Shown here in pieces: positions 58,244 through 64,000 of a stretch of DNA of 64,000 bases. The notes below the pieces were generated by a model that was not told where the DNA came from, did no database searches, and was given only the letters and a program-made list of their open reading frames with translations. Each line of letters opens with the position of its first letter. Positions within the stretch are counted from its first letter, which is position 1. The position numbers were made by a program, and so were the translations under genes. This DNA comes from an uncultured Methanosarcinaceae archaeon (GTDB lineage: Archaea > Halobacteriota > Methanosarcinia > Methanosarcinales > Methanosarcinaceae), in the NCBI GenBank assembly GCA_963733675.1, contig CAVTET010000012.1, positions 256,001 through 320,000 of the forward strand. The letters are read 5' to 3'.

Positions 58244-58806
58244 TATTCGGCTTCCTGATGTTTGTTAAAATATAGCACATGACACAAATTAAAAGTTTAT
58301 CAAAATTTTACATATATTAATAAAAAAATTTATAAGATCTTTTGCCTATTATTTTTTTAAAGTCTGTATAACCGTTGCAACTTTAAGCTTGAATAAACAA
58401 AAAACAATTACATGGTGTTAACATTATAATTGAACAAAAATTTAGTTTCAGATTTGTTCAAAGAGCTAAGGACAAGACCCTAAATTTAAAAATTTTTATT
58501 TGAATCAGGTAGTGTTGGTAATGGCTACTATCAGACTTTTAAAACCTAGAATTTGATTTAAGATTAATCGAGATTGCTTTTTATGAACAAACTTAGCACT
58601 AAATTTTGAAGATCTCAAAAATAATAAAAAAACATTATTAATATTTGATTATTTTTTAACTTAAAAAATTTTATGTAAGAATGAATTTTGTTTAGAAACC
58701 ATTTTTCATACAATTAACTTAAAATAATGACTGTGACAAAAAGAACACATCAGTAAAAATGTACATATCAGCACACAAAAATTGAGCAAAAAGAAGTGTA
58801 TAATTA

Positions 58807-59396
58807 ATGGGAAAACACGCATTTGAGAAGACAAAAAAGATACTGAATATTTTCACGATAATTTTTGTGTTTTGATTTTGGCAACTATTCCAATGGCTTT
58901 GTGTTATGCAAAAGCACCAACCGAAGTTACAATGCCAGTTCCCACACTGGCTCCTATACCAATAAATGCAACAACAAACTACCAAGATTCCCAATGGTTG
59001 GCAAAGTATCTATCAAATTCACTTATTGTAGCTAATGATATGAAATGCCTAGGTAATGCATTAATAAACAACAATTTTGCATCAGCTAACAACGATTTCA
59101 CGTCAGTTTCTACATGTGCAAATACTTTAGACAAAGATAGCCAGAAAACTATAACTGATAGTGATTTATACAGTGTATCTCCTGATTTACAAAGTGCAAA
59201 AGATGAATATCGACTACAAATGATACAGGCCAAAAGTGCAGCAGTTTATATTTATCATGGAGTCGAAGCTTATAAAAAAGGAGACATTGAAGCCGGAGAT
59301 TCTGAGATGAAACAATCTATTCAAAGTATTAATTCCCTCACAGAACACGCTAATAAAGCGTCAAAGCTACTGAAAGCTTATAAGTCCAAAAATTAA
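58807..59396 (+). pseudogene. Secreted helical protein with a frameshift in its signal peptide
   Basis: MGKHAFEKTKKILNIFTIIFVF* is out of frame with the ORF at 58872. Confidence 0.55.
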
Positions 59397-59869
59397 TCGA
59401 CTTACGAGTGTTTGTTATAGCTGACTTGCCTTTTGGATAATAAGTGCATATGAAGTGTTATATACGGTTCTAAACCCGTAACATACGATTATCTGTTAAT
59501 ACGAAGCAATTTACATAAATGAACGGTATCAATAGTCATTGATTTTTTTATTTTTCTCCGATCTACTACAATTTCTTTGATGCTCATTAAAGAAACTGGG
59601 TTAACCCAATTTCCCCAAACCCCCCTTATTTTTGATAAACTCAATAAAGTTAGCGACTCCATAACCTATTTTGTAGGAAAGCGTACTTCTCCCATCACCA
59701 CTGAATGAGAACCTTACCTTGAGTCTATCAGTGTCCTATTCTTTGGTTATATTTACGAACCATACAATCTGGATACCTACATCTGAATTCACGTGCCTGA
59801 GAATTATAGCTAAATATATATTTTTCACCTGGGGATAAAAGTAAAATCAATCATATGGTTTTGTGATCA

Positions 59870-61070
59870 AATAATAGCATATTAATCGATACAAATCTAC
59901 TTGACGAGTTACAAGAAAACTGAAAAAAAATAAAATTAAAGTTGATCAAAAATATTGACAAATTTGGAATTTACGAAGGCACTAGTTTTAAGATAAATAA
60001 TCTTGAGAGATCAATTCAAGTCAATAATTGGATGTGGCCGAGAACTGATACAGGTCTGCCAAAAACGATAAGGAAACTTTCAAGGCAATGGCAGAAATCC
60101 ATCCTGAAATAGGGTCTTTGAAGGAATTAAAAGCTCTTATCGGTGGGCTAAACTTTAAGTCTATTATGGCTGGTTCAGATGGCAGAAGTCGAACCTTAAT
60201 CTCCCCATTCTGAACTAAGACTGGTAGAAATGCCCCTAAGGATGACGAGGAGAAGAAGAATAGAGAAGAATTAAGAGTTAGGTTTATGTTTTGACTTCCT
60301 GCTAGTCTGAGAAGTCTAATAACACCGACTGAGGGAAAAGTACTTGCAGATATTGATTATGCACAACAAGAATTCTTTATCGCAGCTGTTCTTTCTAATG
60401 ACCCCAATATGATTGAGGCATATAAGAGTGGGGCTCCATATCTAGCTTTTGCAAAATTAGCAGGTTCAATCCCCGCAGATGCTACAAAAGAAACGCATGG
60501 TAATATGAGACAGCTCTTTAAATCCTGTGTACTCGGTGTTCAGTATAGCTTGGGTGCATAATCACTTGGGCTCAAAATTGGTAAGCCTACACCTTATGCA
60601 AAAGAATTGTTGAGTCATCATAAAAGAGTCTTTAACAATTATTGGCGTTGGGTAGATATGACCTGGACTCAAGCCTGGTTAATGAAAAGGATTGAAACCT
60701 GCTATAAATGGAAAATGTTTGTTTCAGGCTCCAGTAATAAGGAAATGTTGACCGTCCGAAATTTTCCAATTCAAGCCACTGGAGCTGAAATTCTTAGAGC
60801 CGCATGCATCCTTCTCTCTGAGAATAAAATTAAAGTTGTTGCTTCAGTTCACGATGCGTTGATGATTGAATGCGACGAAAAGGTGGCAGACAAAGAGATA
60901 GAGATAGAAGAAAGCTGATGTGTTATGCATCTGAAATTGTTCTAGGTGCTGGTAACAGATTGAAAACAGATGTCGATATTGTCCACTATCCTGACAGGTA
61001 TATAGATGAGAAGGGTGCAGAAACTTGGAATCTTATTATGTGGATCCTCACAGAGGTAAAACAAGAGTAA
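59870..61070 (+). pseudogene. Family A DNA polymerase, decayed copy 2
   Basis: Collinear with 17460-18663; IDYAQQEF, RQLFKSCVLGVQY, NFPIQATGAE and VHDA motifs. Confidence 0.85.
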
Positions 61071-61281
61071 AACCCACCATAAATTAGGCTCAAAGACCCT
61101 GGGCAGACTTTTCTATTTAGTTGTAGAGCCAAATTGCAATTTCGCTGTAGAGCCATATTAATTAGCTGTACAGCAAAATTCTAAAGTCTCATGATATTGG
61201 TTTTATGATTAATATCTCTTTAATATATCTTATTTATTTTTTCTTAATATTTAATCTATGATATTATAGGGGAGTAAGATA

Positions 61282-61638
61282 ATGTTGGTGATTCCTAAAG
61301 AGAAAATAAAAGGATCTTTTATATCTCAAATGCTTTCAAAATGAATTGTGAAGTTGCCTTCCAATTCAGTAGGGCATACATACAGGATGGCTATGTATAT
61401 TTGGTACTTAAAAGGGGTAAAAAAATCTTCTAAAGATTTAGTAGTCACCTTGAGAGGTATAAACTCTTTTTTACCAATTCCGGATTTGGCTTTTCCGAAA
61501 GCGTTGGAGGAGTTAGAAAAATGCGGAATGGTAAAAACGGTAAGACAACGAGGTAAAAGTCCAACTGTAACCATATTATGTGACTACTGTTATGAGGAAT
61601 ATCCCACTTTAAAAACACAAGCAGAAACAATAGAATAA
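61282..61638 (+). pseudogene. wHTH-like protein, copy 2, with a nonsense mutation
   Basis: Paralog of 18874-19215 with TGG to TGA near 61342. Confidence 0.7.
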
Positions 61639-61817
61639 CGATATTCACGTCACTAATTAATGCGACTGTATATAACCTTCTAAATAAAATATTATGTCAT
61701 ATAGAAGCCACATCTTTATAATGAGATATTATGAAAAGCAAAAATAGTATCCTGGAAATTCCTTTAAATTTGATGTCTGGAGAAACTGTGAAATAAAATG
61801 AAGTGTGAAAACATGAC

Positions 61818-62087
61818 AGCAGCAGCTTTGAGATTAGCCAAGGTGTTCCCGATTACTCTGGCAGGGAATGCACCTATGATCTTCGCTTCTCAACCTTCTA
61901 AAAGTTTGAAAAATGTCTTAGCATACTCTTTTTCATTGTCTGCCGTCCGGAAATTGGCTACTATCTGCTCATGGCCTTCTTCTTTGGCCTGAGATGTAAA
62001 ATAGCTGTAGCTATTCATGGCCTGAGATTCTCCGGCGAAGGACAGCAATACATTCTTCTAGGTCTTAGTTCCCTTTAAGCTCTTCAT
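61818..62087 (-). pseudogene. rbr: Rubrerythrin N-terminal remnant
   Basis: MKSLKGTKT*KNVLLSFAGESQAMNSYSYF..AKEEG..TADNEKEYAK..IGNTLANLKAAA. Confidence 0.85.
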
Positions 62088-62186
62088 TCTCTCACCATAT
62101 CTGATTCAAGGCTTATAATTCGAGAGGAACCTGAATGATCTGAGCCGCTTCATAGATCAGCCAAGTCTATCAGCTCCACTAAACAT

Positions 62187-62395
62187 CTAAAAGCCCAATC
62201 CTTTTGCTACAGATGCTGCCAAAGTCTCATCAGCCTGCCGCAAGTTTTCGATTGTACGGCTCTGAATAGCTGGAATGGTGACATGGCTCAGGTCGGCCAC
62301 AAGGTTGCCAATCATATGTTCTTCCCCTGTCTTGTCGAGCTACCGATCCTTTCTTCAGCCTGAGCAACGTCGTTTGTTTTGAAGATCTTCAAGCC
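62187..62395 (-). pseudogene. Monofunctional heme catalase C-terminal remnant
   Basis: KTNDVAQAEER../LDKTGEEHMIGNLVADLSHVTIPAIQSRTIENLRQADETLAASVAKGLGF*. Confidence 0.7.
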
Positions 62396-62417
62396 CTTGA
62401 AGACGTTTATGCTACTA

Positions 62418-64000
<1,583 letters not shown>

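Overview
AT-rich archaeal chromosome segment whose gene content points to Methanosarcina. Intact core blocks (CDP-alcohol phosphatidyltransferase, DHH phosphoesterase, pcc1; ilvD; DUF460; geranylgeranyl reductase; PAPS-reductase-like; thrS; aroK, chorismate mutase, purE) alternate with heavily decayed accessory islands. The islands hold IS6, IS5 and IS200 elements, three broken arylsulfatase copies, a broken PAS histidine kinase, a fluoride-riboswitch-controlled crcB-DUF190 pair, a RelE toxin-antitoxin pair, two decayed family-A DNA polymerase plus wHTH modules, and a high-GC katG followed by catalase and rubrerythrin remnants. The most notable unexplained structure is a ~31-bp imperfect palindrome (ATRCAYAG-TTTTTGTGNNAAAAN-CTRTGYAT, about 12+7+12). 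It occurs about 10 times, only in accessory intergenic DNA, and shared flank homology starts exactly at the site. It brackets small modules (secreted peptides with a conserved leader and hypervariable body, a TA pair), and one run of such modules sits right behind a tyrosine-integrase remnant. This is a candidate integron-like or pdif-like site-specific cassette system. All of this was read by eye; no searches or alignments were run.
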